DNA of 64,000 bases, taken from contig CALYBD010000005.1 of NCBI GenBank assembly GCA_944393745.1, positions 11,165-75,164 of the forward strand. The letters run 5' to 3'. Below the pieces are notes generated by a model that had not been told where the DNA came from, did not search any database, and was given only the letters and a program-made list of their open reading frames with translations. The position numbers and the translations under genes were made by a program. The stretch is from an uncultured Alphaproteobacteria bacterium (GTDB lineage: Bacteria > Pseudomonadota > Alphaproteobacteria > CAAGCB01 > CAG-977). This document shows positions 56,447 through 64,000 of the stretch, one piece after another. The stretch's first letter is position 1; each line of letters starts with the position of its first letter.

Positions 56447-59269
56447 TTAAAAAACAGTTTGGCCCGTTCCGTCAATAATAAAGCGGGCAGTTCGGGCAAC
56501 GCCGCTGGCCGGATCCGTCAGACAGCCGGCAAGCAAACGAGAAGATTCTTCACGCGGCAGAATTTGTCCGATGGCCCATACGGCCGTTTCCCGTACGATC
56601 GGATCCGGATCGTCCAATAAAGCCGTTAAACTGTTGACGAACGAGATTTCTTTGATATTGCCGGCGCTATAAGCGGCACATGCACGCGTCCAATCCGTCA
56701 GCTCTCCTTTCGGCGTGTCCAAAAGATCGCGGATATGTCCGTCAACGGAAAGAACGGGCGGAAAGAAATGCGGACGCAGTAATGCCAGCTGCTGGCGGAC
56801 AGTCTTTTTTTCAAATAAAGGCAGGCAAAGCGTTCTGAGTTCGCCGGATAAGATTTTATCAACGATTTTTATCGTTTCATTGCTTGTTTCGTCCGCACCG
56901 GCGGCATAACGGCGGTCCAGAAATTCTCTGATGGCAGCGGAAGGCTGTAACAATGCCAGCAAAAGCAAGATGCGTTCTTTGATATATTCTATTTCGCCGG
57001 TTAAAGCGGATTTTAAAATTTCCAAAGATTCCGCATGATCCGGATTGTCGTCTTTGTCAAATACGCTGACAGCGGCCAACAGCCCCGTTGCCGTTTCAAT
57101 TTCATCATACAGACACAAACGGACGGCATTGACGTTTTTGCCGACAGCCTTGCTGCCGGATAAAACCAGCGATTTGGCAATGTTGAAACGAATTTCCCGA
57201 TCTTCGATTCGAATGTGCTTAAACAGGAATTTTTCCGATTCCGGCGAAGAAATTCGGCTGACCACACGTGTCAGCAGGATTCGGAATTGAACGGGGTAAT
57301 CCTTACTTAACAAAACAGTTTCAATTTGCCGAAAAGCTTTTTCACCGAATTGCAACAAAACATCAACGCCGCTTTCACGCAGTTCCGGAAAACGGAATGT
57401 TTCCATCACGGCGGGCAATAAGCGGGGATTTTGCAGTTTTCCCGCGGCGTCCAGTGCGGCTTTGCAAACGGAGATATCTTCATCGTTCAATAAATGAATC
57501 AACGGATGATAAAACGCCGGATTGCCGGCATTGCCCAAAACAACGGCGGCCAGCAGTCTGTCCGCGGGATCCTCCGATACAGCCAAAGATGCCGTTCGTT
57601 CAATGGCAACGAAGACGCCTTCTCGTCCGACGGCCAGCAGTCCGGCCAGTGCTCCGGCACAGACGTCCCGGTCATTAATTAAATCAACGGCTTTGTCGCG
57701 TGCTTCCTCTCCGCCCAGACGACACATAACACGTAAAGCCGTCCGGCGCACGTTCAAACTTTCGTCATTTTGTACCATCAGTTCCACAAAGCCGACCGCT
57801 TCGTAAAACTTTAAAGATTCGATTTTTGCCAGCGCATACAGGCGGACATCTTCGTTTTTGTGATGCAATGCCCGTTCCAAGCAATCAAAGAAAATCGGAC
57901 TTTGAGCTTCTTCCAAAGCGCGCAGAGCGTATAAAACTTTTTGTGTATCCGAATCGGCAAGACAGGACGTCAGATATTTTGAAACTCTTTTTCCCGTCAG
58001 CAACAGCCGGCCGCCGCGCCATAAATACGATTTCAGCATATTTAAAATCAAACGCAGGTATACGCGGCGCATGATCAAAACAGCAACGAAAACAATAACA
58101 GCCAGCATTGTCATAACGTAAATCAGAATCTGTTCTGCCATTTTGTTTTCCGCATACCAGACAAACACCCCGCACAAGGCCATTGCAAACGGTTCGACCA
58201 CGGATTTGCGCAACATGTTTGCCCGGAATCCCGTGCGCAAAGAAACAGCCAAAGGAATAGTTAAAAGGGTGGATTCTCGTGCTTCGGGGGCTGCCAGATC
58301 CAAAACGGCTTTGCCCGCGGCAATCAGCCCGAAAATTGAAAACCAGCCGCCGCCGGCCGCTGCCAGCAAAGCAACAGGAATGACGTACAACAAGAAAAAG
58401 GGAGAGAGTTTTCCTTTGGCCGATAACTGCAGCAAAGCGAAACTCAAAACCGCCGTTAAAGCAAAAACGACACTGTAAACGTTCGCCATTTCCGCCGGTC
58501 GGTTTTCATACGTCAGGGCGGTCAGACTCAGGAAGTAATAATTGAAAAGGCCTGCGGCAAAAAATAACAGCCCGGATAAAACATAAAAGCAAAGATATAT
58601 TTCCCGCTGGACGGAATCGCTGCCGGATCGTTTGATTTTTTGTTTGCGGAAAGCCGGTTTTTCCACAATCGGCATGGCTGTATCGGCGATTAATGTGTTT
58701 AATGTGAATGCTGCGGCAAAAGTAAAGACGGCCGACCAAAGCATTAAACTGTCCAGCAGGGCGTTCGGCGTTAAACGGATCAGTCCCGCCGCACATAAAA
58801 CGGCAAAAGCCTGGGCGGTTAAAATGAAAAGAAGCTTTTTGGATCGGCCGTTGAAAACACCGAAACGAAAAGCGGCAACCCAGAAAACCGTTTCCGCAAT
58901 AATTTTAAATCCTTCTTTCCATACCATGGCGCCCGCATAGATCAGCGGTTCGGCCGTTAAAAAAGAAAGCGCATAAAAAATAAGGCTGATCACGCCGGCG
59001 ATAAAAAGAATAACGGCCAGGCGTCCGGCTTTTTTCCCGCGTAAAGTTGCCAGTCCCGGCCAGATCAGAAAAAACAATACGGCCGTTGCGATAAAAATTT
59101 GCGCAATATTGTGTCCCGAATAGGCGTTTAAAAACAAAACGGAGGATCCGGCGTCCAAAGAAACAACGGCGAACGTTTTAAAAAACGAACATAAAACCAA
59201 TAAAACGGCCGGCAGAATTTCCTGTACCGACAGATAAGCGTCCGTTCCTAATTTTTTTATGCGAGCCAT
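56447..59269 (-). CDS. Fusion protein: an N-terminal multi-TM transporter-like domain (TLC/Npt ATP:ADP-translocase-like) plus about 500 aa of C-terminal HEAT repeats
   Basis: About 12 TM segments in the first 420 aa. The N-terminal pattern EILPAVLLVLCSFF...LDAGSSVLFL...IFIATAVL parallels the TLC-family N-terminus. PBS-lyase-type HEAT repeats (DPDPIVRETAVWAIGQI, NEDVRLYALAKI). The start ATG overlaps the ftsY stop. Confidence 0.55.
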   Translation of the reverse strand: MARIKKLGTDAYLSVQEILPAVLLVLCSFFKTFAVVSLDAGSSVLFLNAYSGHNIAQIFIATAVLFFLIWPGLATLRGKKAGRLAVILFIAGVISLIFYALSFLTAEPLIYAGAMVWKEGFKIIAETVFWVAAFRFGVFNGRSKKLLFILTAQAFAVLCAAGLIRLTPNALLDSLMLWSAVFTFAAAFTLNTLIADTAMPIVEKPAFRKQKIKRSGSDSVQREIYLCFYVLSGLLFFAAGLFNYYFLSLTALTYENRPAEMANVYSVVFALTAVLSFALLQLSAKGKLSPFFLLYVIPVALLAAAGGGWFSIFGLIAAGKAVLDLAAPEARESTLLTIPLAVSLRTGFRANMLRKSVVEPFAMALCGVFVWYAENKMAEQILIYVMTMLAVIVFVAVLIMRRVYLRLILNMLKSYLWRGGRLLLTGKRVSKYLTSCLADSDTQKVLYALRALEEAQSPIFFDCLERALHHKNEDVRLYALAKIESLKFYEAVGFVELMVQNDESLNVRRTALRVMCRLGGEEARDKAVDLINDRDVCAGALAGLLAVGREGVFVAIERTASLAVSEDPADRLLAAVVLGNAGNPAFYHPLIHLLNDEDISVCKAALDAAGKLQNPRLLPAVMETFRFPELRESGVDVLLQFGEKAFRQIETVLLSKDYPVQFRILLTRVVSRISSPESEKFLFKHIRIEDREIRFNIAKSLVLSGSKAVGKNVNAVRLCLYDEIETATGLLAAVSVFDKDDNPDHAESLEILKSALTGEIEYIKERILLLLALLQPSAAIREFLDRRYAAGADETSNETIKIVDKILSGELRTLCLPLFEKKTVRQQLALLRPHFFPPVLSVDGHIRDLLDTPKGELTDWTRACAAYSAGNIKEISFVNSLTALLDDPDPIVRETAVWAIGQILPREESSRLLAGCLTDPASGVARTARFIIDGTGQTVF

Positions 59270-60198
59270 CAGACCTCCTTTTCCGTCAGTCCCATCAGGG
59301 ATCGGGCATAATCCCGGGCTTTAAACGGTTGCAAATCGGTGATTTGTTCCCCGACACCGATCAGATATACGGGTAATTTAAATTCGTCGGCCAGCGCAAT
59401 GGTCACACCGCCTTTGGCCGTACCGTCCAATTTTGTTAAAACCAGTCCCGTGACGGGGATCATTTCGGAAAAAATTTTAACTTGGGAATGAGCGTTCTGA
59501 CCGACAGTCGCGTCCAAAACCTGCAGACAGGCATGCGGCGCATCGGGAATTTGTTTTTTTATGGTGCGAATGATTTTTTGTAATTCTTCCATCAGTTCCG
59601 ATTTGTTTTGCAGTCGTCCGGCCGTATCGATAAATAAAACGTCATCATTGTTTTTGCGCGCTTCGGTCAGCGCGTCGAACACCAGTCCGGCCGCATCTGC
59701 GCCTGTCGGGCGGGAAACAACGGGACAGCCCGTGCGTTCTCCCCATATTTTTAATTGTTCGACGGCTGCGGCTCTGAAAGTATCGGCGGCCGCAAAGCGA
59801 ACTTTGAGCCCTTTGGATTTGTATACATAAGCCAGTTTGCCGATCGTTGTTGTTTTCCCCGCGCCGTTGACGCCGGCCATTAAAATAACAAAAGGCTTTC
59901 GGGTCGGATCGATTTTTAATTCCTGCGCATAAGGCGCCAGCTTTTCTGCGATTTTATCGGCAAAGAAAGAGCGAACTTCTGCGGAATCGACTTCTTTGTC
60001 AAATTTTTCTTTGGCCAGTTCGGCGGTCAGATCGGCGGCCGTTTTCGTTCCGACGTCTGCCATAATCAGCAGATCCTCAATGTCGTTCAGCGTTTCTTTA
60101 TCAAGCTTTTTTTTGGTCAGCAAACCGCCGATTCCCGAAACCAGCGGCGCGGCGGTGCGCGATAATCCTTGCTTTATGCGTTCAAACCAGCCCGACAT
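59269..60198 (-). CDS. ftsY: Signal recognition particle receptor FtsY
   Basis: NG domain motifs: GVNGAGKTTT, DTAGR, TKLDG. Confidence 0.9.
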   Translation of the reverse strand: MSGWFERIKQGLSRTAAPLVSGIGGLLTKKKLDKETLNDIEDLLIMADVGTKTAADLTAELAKEKFDKEVDSAEVRSFFADKIAEKLAPYAQELKIDPTRKPFVILMAGVNGAGKTTTIGKLAYVYKSKGLKVRFAAADTFRAAAVEQLKIWGERTGCPVVSRPTGADAAGLVFDALTEARKNNDDVLFIDTAGRLQNKSELMEELQKIIRTIKKQIPDAPHACLQVLDATVGQNAHSQVKIFSEMIPVTGLVLTKLDGTAKGGVTIALADEFKLPVYLIGVGEQITDLQPFKARDYARSLMGLTEKEV

Positions 60199-60201
60199 TT
60201 T

Positions 60202-61413
60202 TTAAAGAACGCTCCCTTCAAAAATTCCTGTTTGCTTTATTCCCGTCAGCCGGACGGGGATAAACTCTCCTGCTTTAAAGCGGCCGGCAACGTGTACGTT
60301 CAGATAATGTTCGCACAGTCCTTTTTGGTCTGTTTCATACAACACAACGGCCGTTTGCCCTATTCTGCCCCGCATATATTCAAAAAGCAAGCGTTCTCCG
60401 GCGTCTCTTAATATTTTCGCCCGTTCTTTGCGTACGGGGACGGGAATCTGCGGCATTTTGGCAGCCGGCGTTCCCGGTCGCACGGAGTACGGAAAAACGT
60501 GCAGATGCGTCAGGCCGGCCGTTTCCGTCAGATCAATCGTATTGCGGAACATTTCGTCTGTTTCCGTCGGAAAGCCTGTAATAAAATCGGCGCCGAAAAC
60601 AATATCCGGCCGTGCGGCGCGCAGTTTTTGACACAAGGTCAGAATATCCTCGCGCGTATGCCGGCGGGCCATGCGTTTTAAGATCATGTTATCGCCGGAC
60701 TGGGCGGACAAATGAACGTGCGGCTGTAAAATATCGGACCGGCCGAACAGAGAAATCAGATCATCGCGGATACATGCCGGATCAAGCGATCCCAGCCGCA
60801 GCCGTTTAAGTCCGTTGATTTTTGTCAAGGCTTCGACCAGCTTTGCAAAATCGGGATAATCCGTGATCTCAACGCCGGTCAGGTTAATTTCGGCGTATCC
60901 CCGATCAACCAGTTTTCGGGCGTGGTTTAAAATTTTTTGTGCCGGCAGATAAACGCTTTTGCCGCGCGCCTGCGGGACGATGCAAAACGTGCAGTGATTG
61001 TTGCAGCCCTGCTGGATTTGAATAAACGCCCGGCAGCGCCCGTCAAAGAAAACGGGTTCCGGCGCTTTAAAGTCAACGGGCGTGTCAAGTCCGGCGGCCA
61101 GAACGGCAGGTTTTTCGGGCGTGAAGTTGTCGGCGTTCAGCTTTTCCCGATTACCTAAAACGCGATCGACTTCGGGCATTTGCGCGTAAAGTTCGGGGTG
61201 AACCTGGGCGGCGCAGCCGGTAACGACCAGATAAGCGTCCGGGTGTTCGCGGCGCAGTTTTCGGATCATTTGCCGGCACTGACGTTCCGCTTCGCCCGTT
61301 ACGGCGCAGGTGTTAACAATAACGATATTGTCCGGCAGGCCGCTCATTTCCTGTATGGCGGCGGATTCATAAGCGTTTAAGCGGCAGCCGAAAGTAATAA
61401 TTTGCACGGGCAT
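60202..61413 (-). CDS. mtaB: MiaB-like radical-SAM methylthiotransferase (MtaB-type)
   Basis: An N-terminal MTTase domain with a Cys triad and a radical-SAM motif (CNNHCTFCIVP). Upstream of ftsY, the arrangement I recall as usual in alphaproteobacteria. Confidence 0.8.
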   Translation of the reverse strand: MPVQIITFGCRLNAYESAAIQEMSGLPDNIVIVNTCAVTGEAERQCRQMIRKLRREHPDAYLVVTGCAAQVHPELYAQMPEVDRVLGNREKLNADNFTPEKPAVLAAGLDTPVDFKAPEPVFFDGRCRAFIQIQQGCNNHCTFCIVPQARGKSVYLPAQKILNHARKLVDRGYAEINLTGVEITDYPDFAKLVEALTKINGLKRLRLGSLDPACIRDDLISLFGRSDILQPHVHLSAQSGDNMILKRMARRHTREDILTLCQKLRAARPDIVFGADFITGFPTETDEMFRNTIDLTETAGLTHLHVFPYSVRPGTPAAKMPQIPVPVRKERAKILRDAGERLLFEYMRGRIGQTAVVLYETDQKGLCEHYLNVHVAGRFKAGEFIPVRLTGIKQTGIFEGSVL

Positions 61414-61522
61414 GATGTATCCTGAATTTTAAACAGCGGCTAACTTAACAAAAAACAAACTGCGGAGCAAACAATTGCTGTTAAATTTTTTGTTTTTATC
61501 GGCGAAAAAGAGTCTTTCTGTG

Positions 61523-61551
61523 TTGACTCCGCCTTGTTAAAAGGATATAAA
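61523..61551 (+). promoter_or_regulatory. Sigma70-type promoter candidate upstream of ffh
   Basis: TTGACT, a 17 nt spacer, then TATAAA; reads toward ffh. Confidence 0.45.
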
Positions 61552-61663
61552 AAAACCTGATTTCATATAGGTTTTAACAGCCTTATGCCTCTAAGGAGGT
61601 CCGTCTGCCGGTGAAGGTACGCTCACAGACGCCTTTTTTGTGTGCATGGGGGACAAGGGAAAA

Positions 61664-63052
61664 ATGTTTGATACTTTGGCAGAAAAATTAGGCGGCGTGT
61701 TTGACCGTCTGGCACGCAGGGGCGCTTTAAGCGAGGCCGATGTCGATGCGGCTATGCGCGAAATCCGCATTGCGCTGCTGGAGGCCGATGTCGCTTTGCC
61801 CGTCGTGAAGGATTTTGTCGCCAAAGTCAAAGAGCAGGCTGTCGGCCAGGCCGTTATTAAATCCGTTACCCCGTCACAGATGGTTGTCAAAATCGTTCAT
61901 GACGCTTTGAAAGAAATGTTGGGCGGGGAAAATGCCGCGCTGGATCTGGCCGCCGTTCCGCCCGTACCGGTTTTAATGGTCGGTCTGCAGGGATCGGGAA
62001 AAACAACGACGTCGGCCAAGCTGGCCTTGCGTCTGAAAAAGGAAAAAAAGAAAGTATTGCTGGCCTCTTTGGATATTTACCGACCGGCGGCACAAGAACA
62101 GTTGGCTCAATTGGGGCGCCAGATCGGAGTCAGTACGCTGCCCGTCATTATCGGCGAAAAGCCCAAAGCGATTGCACAGCGCGCCATGACCGAAGGACGT
62201 ACCGGAAATTATGATGTCGTTATTCTGGATACGGCCGGGCGGCTGCATATTGATCTGGACATGATGGGCGAAGTGGCCGAAATCCGCGCGCTGGTTCAAC
62301 CGAAGGAAACGCTTTTGGTTGTTGACGCGCTGGCCGGACAGGACGCGGTAAATATTGCACGCGAATTTAACGATAAAATCGGCGTGACGGGCATTATTCT
62401 GACTCGTATTGACGGCGATTCGCGCGGCGGGGCGGCTTTGTCGATGCGCGCGGTGACGGGGCGGCCGATCAAGTTTTTGGGGGCCGGCGAAAAAGTTGAA
62501 GCGTTGGAACCTTTTCACCCGGATCGTCTGGCCGGCCGTATTTTAGGCATGGGCGACGTTGTTTCTTTGGTGGAAACGGCGGCCGAAAAAATGGATAAGG
62601 ACGAGGCGGAACGCGTTGCCAAACGCATGATGGACGGCCGCTTTGATTTAAACGATATGCTTTCGCAGTTGCGTCAGATGCAAAAAATGGGCGATTTAAA
62701 GGGGTTGCTGGGTATGTTGCCGGGAATCGGTAAATTTAAGGCACAGCTGGACGCAGCCAAAATCGACAATAAGGTTTTTAAACGGCAGGAGGCGATCATT
62801 CTTTCCATGACACCTCGGGAACGCCGTAATCCGGATATCATCAAAGCGGCGCGCAAAAAACGCATTGCCGCGGGGTGCGGTTTGTCCGTTCAGGACGTCA
62901 ACAAGTTGTTGAAGCAGTATGAACAAATCGCGGATATGATGAAAAAAATGAAAAAAATGGGTCATCGGGGACTGTTCGGGGGTCTGCCCGGCGGTTTCGG
63001 CGGCGGAAACGGGACGGGAGGTTTTCCTCCGTTCGGCGGTTTTTCGTCATAA
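61664..63052 (+). CDS. ffh: Signal recognition particle protein Ffh (SRP54)
   Basis: The canonical MFDTLAEKL start; GLQGSGKTTT, DTAGR and TRIDGD motifs; an M-domain with a Met-rich C-terminus. Confidence 0.9.
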   Translation: MFDTLAEKLGGVFDRLARRGALSEADVDAAMREIRIALLEADVALPVVKDFVAKVKEQAVGQAVIKSVTPSQMVVKIVHDALKEMLGGENAALDLAAVPPVPVLMVGLQGSGKTTTSAKLALRLKKEKKKVLLASLDIYRPAAQEQLAQLGRQIGVSTLPVIIGEKPKAIAQRAMTEGRTGNYDVVILDTAGRLHIDLDMMGEVAEIRALVQPKETLLVVDALAGQDAVNIAREFNDKIGVTGIILTRIDGDSRGGAALSMRAVTGRPIKFLGAGEKVEALEPFHPDRLAGRILGMGDVVSLVETAAEKMDKDEAERVAKRMMDGRFDLNDMLSQLRQMQKMGDLKGLLGMLPGIGKFKAQLDAAKIDNKVFKRQEAIILSMTPRERRNPDIIKAARKKRIAAGCGLSVQDVNKLLKQYEQIADMMKKMKKMGHRGLFGGLPGGFGGGNGTGGFPPFGGFSS

Positions 63053-63092
63053 AGCAGACAGTAATTTAATTTTTAAAGTGAGGTAATAAAAT

Positions 63093-63488
63093 ATGTCAGT
63101 TCGTATCAGACTTGCCCGCGGCGGATCGAAAGGAGCTCCTTTCCATAAGATCGTTGTGGCCGACCAGCGCGCACCGCGCGATGGCCGTTTTATTGAACGT
63201 GTCGGTTCTTACAACCCGTTGTTGCCGGCGGAACACGCCGAACGCGTTGTTGTCAAAGCCGACCGGATCAAGTATTGGTTGGGTGTCGGGGCTCAGCCGA
63301 CCGAACGCGTTGCAAAGCTGTTGTCCAAAATGGGGCTGTGCGCCGCGCCGGTAATTAATGACCGGCCGAAAAAATCAGCGCCGAAGGCAAAGGCTCAGGA
63401 ACGCGCAAAGGCGAAGGCCGAAGCTGCCGCCGCCGCTGCTGAAGCTGCTGCTCCGGCTGCGGATTCTGCCGAACCGGCCGAAGCTTAA
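63093..63488 (+). CDS. rpsP: 30S ribosomal protein S16 with an Ala/Lys-rich C-terminal extension
   Basis: [24 protein letters not shown]... is the canonical S16 N-terminus. Confidence 0.9.
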   Translation: MSVRIRLARGGSKGAPFHKIVVADQRAPRDGRFIERVGSYNPLLPAEHAERVVVKADRIKYWLGVGAQPTERVAKLLSKMGLCAAPVINDRPKKSAPKAKAQERAKAKAEAAAAAAEAAAPAADSAEPAEA

Positions 63489-63511
63489 TTTCTTTTAAGG
63501 AAGAAAACGGC

Positions 63512-64000
63512 AATGACAGTTTCCGGGGAACGTAACAATCTGGTTTGCGTGGGCGTCATTACGACGGTTCACGGCGTGCGCGGAAATGTCAAAGTCAAAA
63601 GCTTTACACAAAAAGCGGCTGATTTTGCCGGTTTTGGGGCTTTATGCGATGCTGCCGGCAAGCGTTCGTTTAACGTAAAGATCATCGGGGAAAGCAAAGG
63701 AATTTTTCTGGTGCAGATTGACGGGATAACGGACAGAACGGCGGCCGAAGCACTGCGGGGAACAGAGTTGTATGTTTCCCGTGATAAATTGCCCGAAACG
63801 GCGGAAAACGAATTTTACTATACGGATTTAGTCGGCATGACGGCAAAATCGCCGGACGGTAAAGTTCTGGGACAGGTTAAGGCTGTTTATAATTTCGGCG
63901 CGGGGGATATGCTGGAAATCAACGGTGTGGACGATTTTGTTTCGTTTTGCGATCAAAATATTCCCGATGTTGATTTGAAAAACCGCGTGATAACGGTCTG
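63512..64000 (+). CDS. rimM: Ribosome maturation factor RimM, partial; runs off the right edge of the window
   Basis: LVCVGVITTVHGVRGNVKVKSFT is the RimM N-terminal motif. Standard ffh-rpsP-rimM order. Confidence 0.8.

Noticed and set aside
61590-61640. Candidate 4.5S RNA (ffs) or tRNA in the mtaB-ffh intergenic region
   Set aside because: The hairpin lacks the conserved SRP RNA domain IV motif, and the region is too short and lacks the T-loop and anticodon-arm hallmarks of a tRNA. It is kept as a leader-structure finding instead.

Overview
This is a 64 kb chromosomal window, about 50% GC, carrying roughly 55 protein-coding genes; I found no rRNA, tRNA or CRISPR. Most of it is ordinary alphaproteobacterial housekeeping: an aspartate aminotransferase, uvrB, 6-phosphofructokinase, a DEAD-box helicase, trkH, hom, recJ, the yejABEF-type peptide ABC importer, fliN, flaF, the mtaB-ftsY operon, and ffh-rpsP-rimM, plus a partial EF-G-like GTPase at the left edge. 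The standout is a partial P-type type IV secretion cluster at 22.4-33.7 kb. Its gene order is VirB8 - VirB7-like lipoprotein - VirB8 - VirB9 - VirB10 - VirB11, which is the order I recall for the Rickettsiales rvh system; that match rests on memory and has not been checked against a database. Its VirB10 homolog is a 2,349-aa giant, about five times normal size. It carries roughly 100 tandem copies of a glycine-rich motif of about 17 aa (consensus LPDGTVVDxxGNVIGRx) between the membrane anchor and a canonical VirB10 C-terminal domain, and ends in a Q/P-rich tail. This recalls Helicobacter CagY and Legionella DotG, but the repeat motif is not one I can assign to a known family. The VirB9 homolog is also extended, with a Gly/Ser linker and a SPOR-like peptidoglycan-binding C-terminus. 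Other features worth a second look: (1) two tandem paralogous polytopic membrane proteins, putatively GT-C glycosyltransferases, share a 343 bp stretch of 100% nucleotide identity that looks like recent gene conversion; (2) an aerotolerance-type Bat operon (DUF4381-batA-batB/C fusion-batD) in which BatB contains 11 copies of a 24 bp repeat encoding NQDQQQQQ; (3) a TLC (ATP/ADP translocase)-like transporter domain fused to about 500 aa of HEAT repeats and translationally coupled to ftsY; (4) a polysaccharide-modification module of a DHHW/AlgJ-like protein, an MBOAT (AlgI-like) and a GH114-like hydrolase; (5) several small repeat-bearing lipoproteins and intergenic hairpins with homopolymer tracts. 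The TLC-like domain, the rvh-like gene order, the isolated flagellar regulators and the Q-rich low-complexity tails suggest an obligate or host-associated alphaproteobacterium of the Rickettsiales/Holosporales type. That taxonomic call is inference from the sequence alone.
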